From Syncephalis fuscata S228 (taxonomy: Eukaryota > Fungi > Zoopagomycota): a stretch of DNA of 64,000 nt. Shown here piece by piece: positions 13,708-25,751 of the stretch. Numbering within the stretch: the stretch's first letter is position 1; the number at the start of each line of letters is the position of its first letter. The stretch is taken from assembly GCA_025786725.1 (NCBI GenBank), contig JAHLTZ010000012.1:62001-126000 (forward strand). Direction: 5' to 3'. A program made the translations under genes and the position numbers. The notes under the pieces were generated by a model that saw only the letters and a list, made by a program, of their open reading frames with translations, ran no database searches and was not told the origin of the DNA.

Positions 13708-15114
13708 GCTGTCGACTTGTTTATTCGTTTAATAAATGGAGTACCCTTGTGAAGTTGCTTTATTTGTGTGCTAATGTTTCGTTAAAATAGCTCGATGCAG
13801 CTTGATGTACTTGGCAATAGAGTGGTATAGCTAACTAGATGCTTGAATGAATGAATAAACAGCAATCTTTCTTTTGGTAATTAAAATAATCCAGCTAAGC
13901 AATGGCTATCAAACACACAATTAGTATTTATTTACAGAAATATAACATTACGTGCTATTAACATATGAAGTGGCTATTCATGTTAATTTCTACTCAGTTG
14001 TATTGGATACAAAACCTACTAAAGGGCAAAGGTAGTATCCGTTAACTTCCTCATTCTATCATGAATTCAAGAGGTTAGGCCTTTTGGATTCAACAGCATT
14101 AGAAAGTAAATGCAAGGCCAGGATCAGGTTAATACGGCTGTATACAGACGTAACACTTGGCCGGATTTCATTGAAGGTGGAAATGGTGTAAACCTGTTAA
14201 AGGATATATGGCAGTGTACACCAATTAGACATGTCTACTGTTGTTCCATCCATATGCGCCAAGCAGCTTGTACCCCTAATCATTCTATCTTCTCACGCGA
14301 ACATTATATTTTTAAATTGACAGCTATTAAATGACAATTTAATAACGCACTGATGCTTACAATATTTAGTGCAGTATTTTAAAATATAGTATTCGCGTGT
14401 ATGATATCCGTATTAATTCTTCAGATGTCATAAAACTAAGGTGGCAACGATCATATAAAAATAAATAAATTATAATTGGTGGTTGATGTGCAATAGGCCA
14501 GTTGAACTATTACATTGTTTCAAAAATGCCGCTTTATTCACATGAGCAACAATATCTATTGATTGGATACATTCTATTTTGGTGATATTCTACTGCAGAC
14601 GAGACACTATGTCCTTTGTTGGCCTTTCTATTGCTTAGAACAGCAAATACTATTGGTTATAGGCTAAACATTGTGTGCCCCATTTCTGCATAGTTTAAGA
14701 CCAACCTGTTTTTATTGGGCTTTTGAATATCATCCCAATTTATCCATAGTAATTTACATGAGTAGATAGATGATGTTTTGTAAATTGATATTCTAGACAG
14801 ATTTTAATTGGACAAATGGCCTAAATGTTACAGACGAACCACTGCTCTGTTATTATGTGTCTGTTTGAAAATAGCACATGCATGTATTTTCATTGGTGTT
14901 AGCATATTTGCATCATGCTTCTATAGATAGAATCTCGACTGCTCGGTTTAAAGGATTGCAAACTAATTTAAATAGCGCGATGTTGAAGCGTAAATCCAAC
15001 TTCAGTACAACAACAGCTTTATTCCCCACTTTCTACATCCTACTTTTCTATACTCCAATACATATTCTTCTATTTGCTTTTAATAGCTTCTACTACCAAA
15101 TTAGCATCATCACC

Positions 15115-15552
15115 ATGAAGTTCTCTATTGCTACCGCTTCTGCTTTGGCCGTGCTCTTCGCAGTTAGCACAACTATGGCGGAAACTAGTTATGCTCCCAA
15201 GGGCAATCAATGCATTAAACACACCGATAATGGCGGTATTCTTGGCTGCCCTGCCTTCCAACTTCCAAAAGATAAAAAGTGCAAGGTTGTACCTGGTAAA
15301 TCTGGTGCTGCTTATCCTGATTGCTGTCCTCGCCCGGTTTGCGATGAACACAAAAAAGAGCCTGAAAGCCCAAAACAATGCATTAAAATCGATAAGAATG
15401 GCGGTATTCTTGGCTGCCCTGCCTTCCAACTTCCAAAAGATAAAAAGTGCAAGGTCGTACCTGGTAAATTTGATGCTGCTTATCCTGATTGCTGTCCTCG
15501 CCCGGTTTGCGATGAACACAAAAAAGAGCCTGAAACCCCAAAGAAATACTAG
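15115..15552 (+). CDS. Small secreted Cys-rich protein (145 aa) with two 56-aa tandem repeats, SVWC-like C-terminal motif
   Basis: Signal peptide MKFSIATASALAVLFAVSTTMA; 168-bp repeats at 15208-15375 and 15376-15543; each has 6 Cys ending YPDCCPRPVC. Confidence 0.9.
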   Translation: MKFSIATASALAVLFAVSTTMAETSYAPKGNQCIKHTDNGGILGCPAFQLPKDKKCKVVPGKSGAAYPDCCPRPVCDEHKKEPESPKQCIKIDKNGGILGCPAFQLPKDKKCKVVPGKFDAAYPDCCPRPVCDEHKKEPETPKKY

Positions 15553-15643
15553 AAACCAACTGAGGCTATTGTCCAATTCACAGCTTCATATAATTAAATA
15601 AATGGCCAATGTAAACAAATGTATTAGTTATTATGTTTTTTAG

Positions 15644-16830
15644 TTTATATACAAAGCTTCAGTTTATTCTTAGATCTATTTCACTGACTAATATATACCA
15701 TTATTACGTAAATAATTGGACTGGGTCTGATTTTGCCCACTAATTAACTAATTGTATAGTAAATAAATACACTGTATTTATCATTAACAGCTAAAATATT
15801 GCAGCTATTATAGATGTTTACAGTTAGCTATAAATGCAACATGCTAGATTGCAAACTATAGCAAACATCAAGGCTACACTTATACAATAGTGTTGGATAT
15901 CAGAGTGCAAATGTTAAAATATAACTGTTATTAACAACGAGTTGTTTATTTTGAATACCAAATGATAGCTTTAAAGATAGCTTTAGTATTTAAGGCTGTG
16001 TTGATATACTGCCATTGCTTACAGACTGACGAAAATATACATGCAGTTTAATACAATTGCCAATTTTATACCCAGTCTTTTTCTAGCATAAATTGCACAT
16101 TTTGATAACAGTAATATGCGCGCTAGGAACAAATTATAATAACTAATAAAAGAACAAAAATCAAATTGAATATAGTATTATTTCTATTTACAGCTTATTT
16201 ATTTGGTTCAACCAATGTTTTGGGTACCATATATTTATTAGTTTCTGCTAGCGTATATAATACTTTTGGTTTGTTCAGCGACTTTTTAGTTAGTTACTAC
16301 ATGCAAAAATGTATCAATTAAAACAAAGCAATTACAGGTGTATTTGCTAAATTGTAACATCTATTACAGCTATTTAATAAATGTGGTCGTAATCAATATG
16401 TAGTATAGAATAGCAATAACATTGCTGCTATTCTTATATTCTAAACAACATCTTGTAAGCGTGATTATTAACACACTATGTTATTATACAGCTCTGTTAG
16501 AATTACACGTGAACAGACAAGAATAATGCATATATCGAATTTCATCATTAATTCCTAACATCAAACAACTGTTACAAAGATATGGCGAGTAAACATTTGT
16601 TGAATATGAACATATGAACAATTACATAATTGATGTTGCTTTTTAGTAATGTATGAAGAAGAGCTTTTAAGTTCTATTCAATATTAAAGGCATTGCTGGT
16701 CTTTAGTTAGATTGTATTTATATTTAATACTATACAAGCTAGTCTTTTTATTATAATTGGGCTGTGCTAATTAATAACAAAAAATATAGCAGCAACGCAA
16801 TATTAACTAAATGAAATAACACATTGTGTT
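15644..16830 (+). repeat. ~1.2-kb non-coding direct repeat, copy 1
   Basis: Near-identical to 62361-63545 along its length (tttatatacaaagcttca ... aaataacacattgt). Confidence 0.95.
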
Positions 16831-16981
16831 TTGAAAGTTCAAATAATGATTAAAAAACACCAAAGATTAGTATTATAGAATAGCGTCAGTATAAGGTGTT
16901 GCTTAATCGGCTAAGTTACATTTTTTTAATTAGACAGTAACAGTATATTAAAAGTAAAAAACGAACATCACAGCTAATTAT

Positions 16982-19485
16982 CTACAACTCCATTAATAGC
17001 TCACTCAACAAATTAGTCATTATTTGTATAGCCGTTTCATTATCTGTAATCACTTGCGACTGTTGATGACCAATAATTAATCGAATATGAGCATTATTCC
17101 ATTGAGCGTGTATTATCATATCAGCATTAGATGTACCATCCTGCTCTACGGTTATTTGTTGCATGCGTAACTAAATATCAGTAAAGTTAGATACAGTCTA
17201 TACTAGTTAATTAACTTACTTGTTCCATACGCTGTCGTAGAATATCAACTGATAAATTGCCATAAAGCGATCTACCAGTACTGTCTGAGCTAGTATCCAC
17301 GTTATTTGAATTGTTTTGGCTGTCAAGCTGTGCCAACTGTTGTTGTTCACTATCGGTCAAAGGCTCGATAAATAGCTCGCCATGTCTCCATGACAGAGTA
17401 GCGCCACAATGGGCTGCTTCAACATTTGGTCCAATAGGACGTAGCCATAGTTGTCGCGCCACCTATCAGCAGAATATATTGTTTATAATACTGCTAACCA
17501 ACTGTTTGACTAATACTTACTGATTCTGATAACCATGCCTGCCGACTATTTGGATCTCCTGATACTGCATCTCCTTCTGCTCCATAATCCAAATGGACAA
17601 TATCACTTGATTTATAAATACGTGTATGTGGGCCTGGCACTTCTCGTGTATAACTATAGATGTGCTCTGGCACTAAATAAGTGGCCTTGTCGGGTAGATG
17701 GCCCGATAGTGATTGCCGACATTCTTCAGGAGTTAAGCGTAAATCGATAGGACATGTAATGATTTCGGCAGTCAGTGAACCAAAAGGCGCCACCGCATCG
17801 GCTACATTAATTCTTGGATCTATCACTAAAATTACTATCAAAATTATACTACTAAGTTTGTTGCATACCCGTAAATAGAATGGCATTTTTTGCATCACGT
17901 CCCCACATGGATATCATGTGCACGACTGGTCCAGCACGCAATGAAGGGTCTCCCGTAAATACAATACAAGGTTCACGGTATCGTTGCATAAAATTAGCAT
18001 CAAATCCTTTATGATAGCTTACACGGCCCGATTTGACCAATGTCTCATCAATAAGCGGGTTCTCTGGTACGTACATCCGATCACGATATGGTGACTGCAT
18101 CCTATCTATCAATTAGCCGTGTTTATCCATAGATATATCCACGTACCATTCGCCTAAAATATCCGAATACTGTCTAGATCGATCACCTATACCAGAAACA
18201 ACAAATATAGGTGTGAATAGATTGGATCGCTCCAACAGATTCGTCAACATAATCAACAGATCATAGTGGACGCCATGTGGATACATAGGCAGTAATAGAT
18301 TGCCACCACGTCGAATAACCAATGCTATAATCGAATTAGTTTATGGAGTATTGCAGTTATTGTATACGAACATGCATGATCTTGGAATCGTTCAAGCATA
18401 GAAGATACAGGCATTGCCGGATCCCGTCGAACATCGGCAACCAAGGCAACAGATAATGGCGCGCTAAGCACACTCGATTCAAATGCCATTGGATGTAATC
18501 CAGCAGCCATTGAGCTAGAGGATACATAGGCCACCTGTAAGTGCCAATAGTATTGGGATATGCATATCAATGGAAGTGCAAACTTACACAGAATGATTCA
18601 CGGCTAATTCTCCAATTGGCACTGCCCAAACAGTATCCAGAACTATAGGCAACAACCAATACATTGCTTACAAGCATCTACACAATATAAATAGATTATA
18701 GTAAAACAACAGCAACTTACAACATGTTCATGAAACCGAATCTCTTGTATACGATCTAGACTGCGTTCAATGTCATCTTCTGTATAGATAGGTCGATAGG
18801 CGCTTGTTGATGTGGAGGCACTAACATGTTTTGCTATAGCTATCAACATATATTAACAAGCTTTAGCTATCCTACCTTTCGCCTAGTAGTTGTCTGGCAT
18901 TGACTGGCCCAAATTGCTGCCGCAGCTCGTCCATATACAATCTAAGTTGTATAAGATAGAGCAATACAAAATAGCTGGTGCTTTTTATCTTACCTTGCAA
19001 AAATCACCGTTGGCTCTGTAGCTAGAATTCTGCCTCGAAATCCATGTCGCTCAGTTAGATAAGGCAGTGCGGCTATCTGCCAGTAATTGGATAGCAGCCA
19101 AACATCCACTGCAGATAAATCAAGATCCGACGGCAAGTCAGGCAGCGGAAATTGTACCGAAGTAAGCTGGTCGATTGCAAACGCAATACGCGTATCTAAT
19201 GCTGCATCGATTTTGTTTTGAGGGATTGCAATATCTCCTTTTACTGTAGCAATTGCCGATTCATTGTCATATGGTGGCACTCCTCCGGTTGAATCGTTAT
19301 TATCAAAACCGCCGACTGAAGTGCATTCCAGCCTATGCACGTCCAAAGCGGCATCGAGTAAAATGCGTACGTCATCCAGTTCCAATAAAAACCATGGTCG
19401 ATCCTTACCATAGCAATGCTGTTTCTTAGAATTAGAATACTACAGTTAGTTTAGGCTAATACAAATAACGACTTACAACACGCAT
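16982..19485 (-). CDS. INTS9: Integrator complex subunit 9 (inactive MBL/beta-CASP), multi-exon
   Basis: VRILLD, DVWLLSNYWQIAALPYLTERHGFRGRILATEPT, VAYVSSSS...HPM, GGNLLLPMYPHGVHYDL, PCIVFTGDPSLRAG, CPIDLRL. First exon is MRV (9 nt). Confidence 0.9.
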
Positions 19486-20157
19486 TATAGCAGCAAAGTA
19501 ACAAAAACAATGAATTTAAACTATTATCGTGTAATGTAAAACTCTAATCAGATTTACTATGTTTTGATTTGATCATTAAGTTATAGTCCAATGTGAACTG
19601 CACGCTCAAATCAGTGCTATTTTAGTTTTACCTATCTATTTATATAGACAATATAGCTGTAAACTAGAATTTTAAGGTTTTTCTCTTTTTATCGTACACT
19701 ATATCTCTGTCAATATAAACACATTGATTATATGTTATAGCCTCTATAAATAGTGTATATTAGTACACCACTCCCCTTCGATCATAAATCAGTATACGGA
19801 GCAACTATTATAACGTCCAACAGTATAGCCATACTAAATATACAATGTTCAATAGATACTATTTACTGAATATAAACTATAAATAAGCACGAACATAACA
19901 ATTGGATTACATATAACTAAAATGAAACCATGTGTTTATTACTACAATCTTGCATAGATAAGTAGGTAACTAAATATATATTTGTTCATAATATAATGGT
20001 GTTATTGATTAAAGTAGATAAACTGAGTATTGGATTGAATCTGGTATATGAACGGCTTGAGTAACAATTGCCAAATGGTCTTAGTTTTTATCAGACGTAA
20101 ACTATATAGAAACAGCGGTCCAGTCACAATATTAAAGTTAGTATCCTGAAAGACTTA

Positions 20158-21932
20158 TTATCTTGAAGCTATAAATACATACAGAGTATTCATATAATTA
20201 GCGTATAAGTCAATAAAATACAATATCCCTTACCTCCTATCGATATTGTTATTAAGGACACAAAATACATAGCTCATGTTTTAATGTATAGTCGATTAAC
20301 AAAGAGATCACTCACCATCTAGCAATGCAATTTAGTGAGCACATAAGATACATGGCACATGTTTAACGTATACTCTAATCAATATACAATGCCACCTACG
20401 AACTATCGATAAAGGTTAAGTACACACAATACATAATGTGTAATTAGCGTATAGTTGACTTATATAGAATGTCACTTACTATCTAACGGTGTTAATTTAT
20501 CAAATACATAAAGTGAATAGCGTATATTTAGTGCTTATTCTTTTGATATACAATGCTACTTACTCTCTATTTATTAAAGCCATAAAGCACACACAGCGTA
20601 TAACATATGTTTAGTGAGTAGTTGCTTAATATAAAATGCTGCTTACTGTCTTTTGGTGTTGAATCATGTACAAATATTGTATAGTATATGGTCAGTAGAT
20701 AGTTACTTGTATGCTAGACTACTTACGAGCTATCGATACAATTCATTGAATACACAATACATGACATGTAATTAATATATAATTATTTAATTTATAATGC
20801 CACTTACTAACTATTAATAAGTCATTAAACACACGCACAAAATGTATAGCATATGTTTAGCGCATAGTTGGTTGATGCAAGATTTTACTTACCATCTATT
20901 GATGTTGAATTATTAAGCATATACAGTGTATATCGTGTAATTAGCACACAGCCGGTTAATATACAAATGCCACTTACGAGCTATTAATGTTAAACCGTCA
21001 AACACGCCAGTTTACAATATGTTTTAACGCATAGTTGATTAATATACAAGTTCACTTACGCCCTATCAATATAATTTATTAATAATTCATGATACATAGC
21101 ATGTAATTAACACATAATTCCTTATTATGTATACCACTTACGAACTATTGATAAAAGTTATTAAACATATACAGTACATGGTATGTAAGTAATGTATATT
21201 AATACGTAATTTTACTTACAACCTATTTATATCAAATCATTGACACGCACAGTGAGTACGTTTAGTATATAATTATTCAATATGCCAAACCACTTACGCT
21301 CTATCAATATAAATTATTAAGCGCAAATCGTGTACAGCATGTATTTAACGTATAATTTAATTAGCATACAATGCTACTTACTAGCTGTTAATAAATCATT
21401 AAGAGTATAGTGCATAACATACGTTAGCGCATAGCTGCCTAGTATACACTATTACTTACAATCTGATAATATTATATTAATTATACAACAGTGTTTTATT
21501 AGCTAAACAACAATTATTTCCACCGTAATTTACCTCCTATCAATGTAAATTTAGCATATTAATATCGTCATTGTAATACATTATATATTGCTTAATGGTA
21601 AACTTACTTTTATTCAGTGGTACTAATTTACCCATTATTTGGTGGCAATTAATCGTCAATTATCACACCAACAATCGTAAGTTTTTAAAACTTACTCTCT
21701 GGTTACATGTGTAAGGCATCACGCTGTAAGTATTGGAACAGCAGCCCATAATTGCAACTTACTAGCTAGCATTATTATTAATTAGCCATAATGCTAGTAA
21801 GTATAGCAGTTTGCACATTTATTATAGTTAAAACATACCATGGCCTAATGGAGTTGGTTTAGCATCCACCATGGCTGTATTAATCACAAAAGCCACTACA
21901 ATGGTGCAGACGACGGCAATAGAAGGCTTCAT
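20158..21932 (-). CDS. Micro-exon gene: 22 exons (19 of 3 nt, one of 15 nt) encoding a predicted 58-aa secreted prepropeptide MKPSIAVVCTIVVAFVINTAMVDAKPTPLGHAKIPLNKRDSKRFRPHVTHKNIHGASR
   Basis: Exon 1 at 21932-21839 encodes a signal peptide. AG|NNN|GT(A/G)(A/G) units follow about every 80 bp. Last exon 20168-20158 ends in TAA. The joined frame has no stop codon. Confidence 0.85.
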
Positions 21933-23106
21933 GGCGATATTGATTTATAAAACAAACAAGTATAATAGACAATAGAGTTTAGTAGTATAAAGTAAGCAAT
22001 AGGTATTTGGCAGAAAGTAGAGTGTGATAATACTACTACTAGTCGGTTACGTGTATTGTGTGGCTATTTAAGTTTATGGTTATTCTAAGATGCCAACATG
22101 CCGCATTGTAGGATTATACTAGTGATGCATAATGTGGACCAATAACAACACACCCACGTGGGGCTTAAGGCATGCATATACCAATATATCGACAATGTGA
22201 TAGTATACAGCATAAGTTTGCTTTAATCAGGCCGCGATGAGACAGATAATGCGGCAACATCAATAATTCAGTACATGTGTGGTAAGAATGCACCTATTGG
22301 TGTGTATTGTGCTGTTGCACGATTCAGCTTTGCGGCGCAAACTGAATCTATTGGTTCTACAAAAACGCTGATGCGCATCGCTATGTCTTTGTTATTCCTT
22401 TCGTCAATAATCTCAATATCCTTTATTTCAATGCATTCAAAATATTGCTTAGCATTAATACGACAACAAATTAACGTATTAAACTTATACTCTTTAAAGC
22501 TATTTACTGTCGTGCGCAGACTAGCATGATTTTAACCCATAAGAATATACCGATTGATTTACTTATGCATTTAATTTTACATTGCAGCTTGGCTAAGTGG
22601 TAAGTAATTTATTGGATTTACAAACGACTTGCATCTAAACATAACATTGCGCGCATTGTACAGTTGTTGAAATCGGCTGTGCAACAGCGCTACTTGCAAT
22701 GTAATCCATTATATTATTTTTAATGGTTAAACAATCCATTTTGTCGCTGACCCCATTGTATGCTCAGCTATAAAGTAACTTGCATTGGCTAATTACATAC
22801 AATACAGTATGTAGACACTATGTTACGTGGATCTAGTAGTTTCGGCTATATACTGCTAGTTTTAAACACATAATGATCGCATTGTTGTATTATTAATTTT
22901 ATTGCACGATATTTCTATTCAAAATCAAATAAAAAGACTAGAATAGATAATAAAAGGTAGAACCAAAGAATATCGGGTTGAGCAAACAACTTCATTGTGT
23001 CATGTCTCCAGCAATGGTCATATCGCAGGGCAACAGAACGAAGACAGAACTAACATTTTAATGCTAATTGGTTGACTACAGAACACTAAACATTTCTTTT
23101 TTTGTT

Positions 23107-24803
23107 ATGCAATTGGCACGGAATCTAGAGTTGGCGGCGGCAGCCGTGGTAGCTTCCATTGCTACTGCAACTTTAATATTCTCTTTCCAGTCGCGTCGTC
23201 GTCGTCAATACATTCGCAATATCAAACAGGATGCTAAGCTTTTAAGTGAGGAGCAAGGTATAAATTTAAACAAATTTGCTTCTGGTGCACGTTCATTACC
23301 AGGAAATGCCCAAGCTGAAGCCGACGATCGTGAACATGAGCAGCTACTCATGCGCGAACAGCTATCGCGCAATGTATCATTTCTTGGCGAGGCCGGTGTG
23401 GAAAAGCTCCAAAACGCGTTCGTTATTATCGGTAGCTTATTGATTACTTGTAAATCATATCATTTAACCTGACAAAAATATGTAATATTTAGTTGGAGCA
23501 GGAGGTGTTGGTTCCTGGGCAGCATTGATGCTAGCACGGTCGGGTGTAAAGCGTATGCGTATTATTGATTTTGATCAAGTAACGCTATCATCGCTAACCG
23601 ACATGCTGTTGCCAATCGAGCCGATGTTGGCACGCCAAAGTAATTGCCATTCGTGACCATCTACGCGTATTGTGCCACTTATTGAGATTGATGCGTGCGT
23701 GGAACTGTTTTCAAAAGACTCTGCCGACCATCTATTGCAAGGTAATAAAATACAGTCTAGTATTTGGTACAACTAACAGCCATATACTATAGACAATCCT
23801 GATATTGTTCTGGACTGTATCGATAATATTGACACCAAGATTGATCTGCTAGAGTATTGCCATAATCACCAACTGACTGTAAGTATGATCTGAACAACCA
23901 GCCAAGTATACCAATGCCATTTGTAGGTAATGAGCTCTATGGGGGCTGGTGCTAAAGCCGATCCATCTCGAATCCAATTGGCCGACATTAGCGATACCAA
24001 TGGCAAGTAGCAATAACATTGATTAATAGCAGTGTATAATAATACAATAGTTTATAGAGGATCATTTGGCACGTGCTGTTCGTCGACGTCTAAAACAGCG
24101 CAAGATCCTTTCTGGTATTGAAGTAGTCTACTCTACCGAGAAGCCAGGCGAAGTTAATTTATTACCACTTGGTAAATAAGAAAATAGTTTGCATATTTTT
24201 ATTAAATGCTATTTGTACAATTTTATTTATTAGATGAATCGCAAGCACAAGAATCAGATGAATTTGCCATCTTACCAGATTTCCGAGTTCGTATTATGCC
24301 GGTGTTGGGTCCGTTGCCAGCAATGTTTGGTATGGCAATGGCTACTTATGTGATTTGTAAACTGGCAAATCATAAAATTGAGCCATTACCGATAAAACTA
24401 CGTGGCAAGCTTTACGATCGACTACAGCGAGAGCTGATTGTACGTGAGGATAAGGTGTTTAAAAATAGGCAAGCTTGTTTAAAGCATTACGAAGAAAGCA
24501 ATTAATAATAGGTGAATTAATAGGGCGGGCATTCCATTTGATCGAGATGATATTGCTTATATCATCGAAGAGGTGTGGCGCGGAAAGAGCATTTTATCGG
24601 GCATGTCCGATAAATTGTGTCTAACTCGCTGGGACCGACGACTTCCCGTAACTTTCCAGAACTGCGTTTGCTTAACGAAACAAGAAGCAACTCGGCATGA
24701 TGCACACGATCCAGAAAAGCTGCACGAGCTTTATCCCGCAGAAGTAATGGCACTAGTCGAGAGGCGGTTTACAGAGGAACGTTATTACAGTCAATGGCGA
24801 TAA
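23107..24803 (+). CDS. tRNA threonylcarbamoyladenosine dehydratase (ThiF/E1-like, Tcd1/Tcd2); apparent indels in exon 2
   Basis: VGAGGVGSWAALMLARSGV, IIDFDQVTLSSL, DCIDNIDTKIDLL, SSMGAGAKADPSRI, VVYSTEKP, PDFRVRIMPVLGPLPAMFG. Confidence 0.92.
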
Positions 24804-25002
24804 TGCAGTTAATGTGTCCATGTCATGTTACACGCCTATAATAAAAGCCAAGAAAAGTTATAAATAAATTGGCCTTTGCAAAACATTCAAACTTTGGTTA
24901 GCATTAATGAGTAGAATTGGAAGCTTTTTAAACCACCCATTCAATATATTGTGTTATTCATTTCTACTCAACTTTTTTAGCATTTTAATTGCTTTTTATA
25001 TC

Positions 25003-25751
25003 ATGGATTCACCTCAATTAGTCCTTCCGTTGAATGATACGGCTCAGACAGTTTATAACTCGATCTCTCTAGCTGTTAATGCTGTTGCTTTAATATATTT
25101 GTAAAATCGCCAAAGAAAAACATTATGTCTCGTTTATGTTTCTGTCTTGTTGTTCGTAAGTCTATAAACGATACTCGCCATCCAGTAGTACTGATATACC
25201 TGTGCTCCAGTAAGTGCTGCCCTTTATATTGCCGCACTTGTCGGCCAGTGGTTATGGCCCCTAGAAGTGATTATTATATTTGGACGCAAGCTTATTACAA
25301 GCATTGGGTGGGGCAGACTATTGCGCTTAGAACTACGTAAAAGTATTTGGTATTGTTTGGGAGGATTTGGCTTTTTCCTTGCAGCTTGTGTTCGATTTGG
25401 CTGGTATACACCAATTGAAGATACCATTGCACTTGTAATATTGTGTATTCTTCTTATACTAAGTGCGTTCAGTCTACCACCCACCTTTAATTACTATCCA
25501 GTTGGAACGACGAAGCAAAAGTGGTTAAAAGTATGTATAGAAAGGTATTGTCAAGAAGCTTAACTAACGCAGCAACTATACAACTTGTATAGTTATCTTA
25601 CATATTTCTAGCGTTGCATGCCATATTGATACTGGCTTGCTTTTGCCATATTGCACTTATACCGTCCATTGGCGTGCCTCTAGACTGGATATGGACTATC
25701 GGCTCTATGTCAGTATTGGCCAGAGTAGTAACAGAAGAGAATAATATTTAA
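25003..25751 (+). pseudogene. Small multi-pass membrane protein with an in-frame TAA (25102-25104) in exon 1; pseudogene or base error
   Basis: Three hydrophobic exon blocks joined by GT-AG introns; the frame continues past the stop (NRQRKHYVSFMFLSCC) to a GTAAGT donor. Confidence 0.5.

Noticed and set aside
14040-14334. Higher-complexity stretch and 74-aa ORF between ADE4 and the Cys-rich gene
   Set aside because: No recognisable motif or splice structure on either strand; cannot be supported as a gene.
15070-15601. Overlapping ORFs 15070-15576(-) and 15128-15601(+)
   Set aside because: Shadow frames of the repetitive Cys-rich gene.
20170-21540. Regular ~82-bp periodic array read as a CRISPR array or plain minisatellite
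   Set aside because: Eukaryotic context with no cas genes; the best-conserved parts are spliceosomal donor/acceptor signals around 3-nt inserts, and the units are too diverged for CRISPR repeats.
23590-23680. Frameshifts in TCD (three 1-nt deletions), also in the TBC (about 37780, 37915), METTL6-like (about 44825), CBP4 (about 47470) and TFB1M-like (about 49690-49720) genes, as programmed frameshifting or pseudogenes
   Set aside because: They are single-base indels, mostly in short homopolymers, in otherwise well-conserved genes; sequencing or assembly error is the simplest explanation. Read alignment would settle it.
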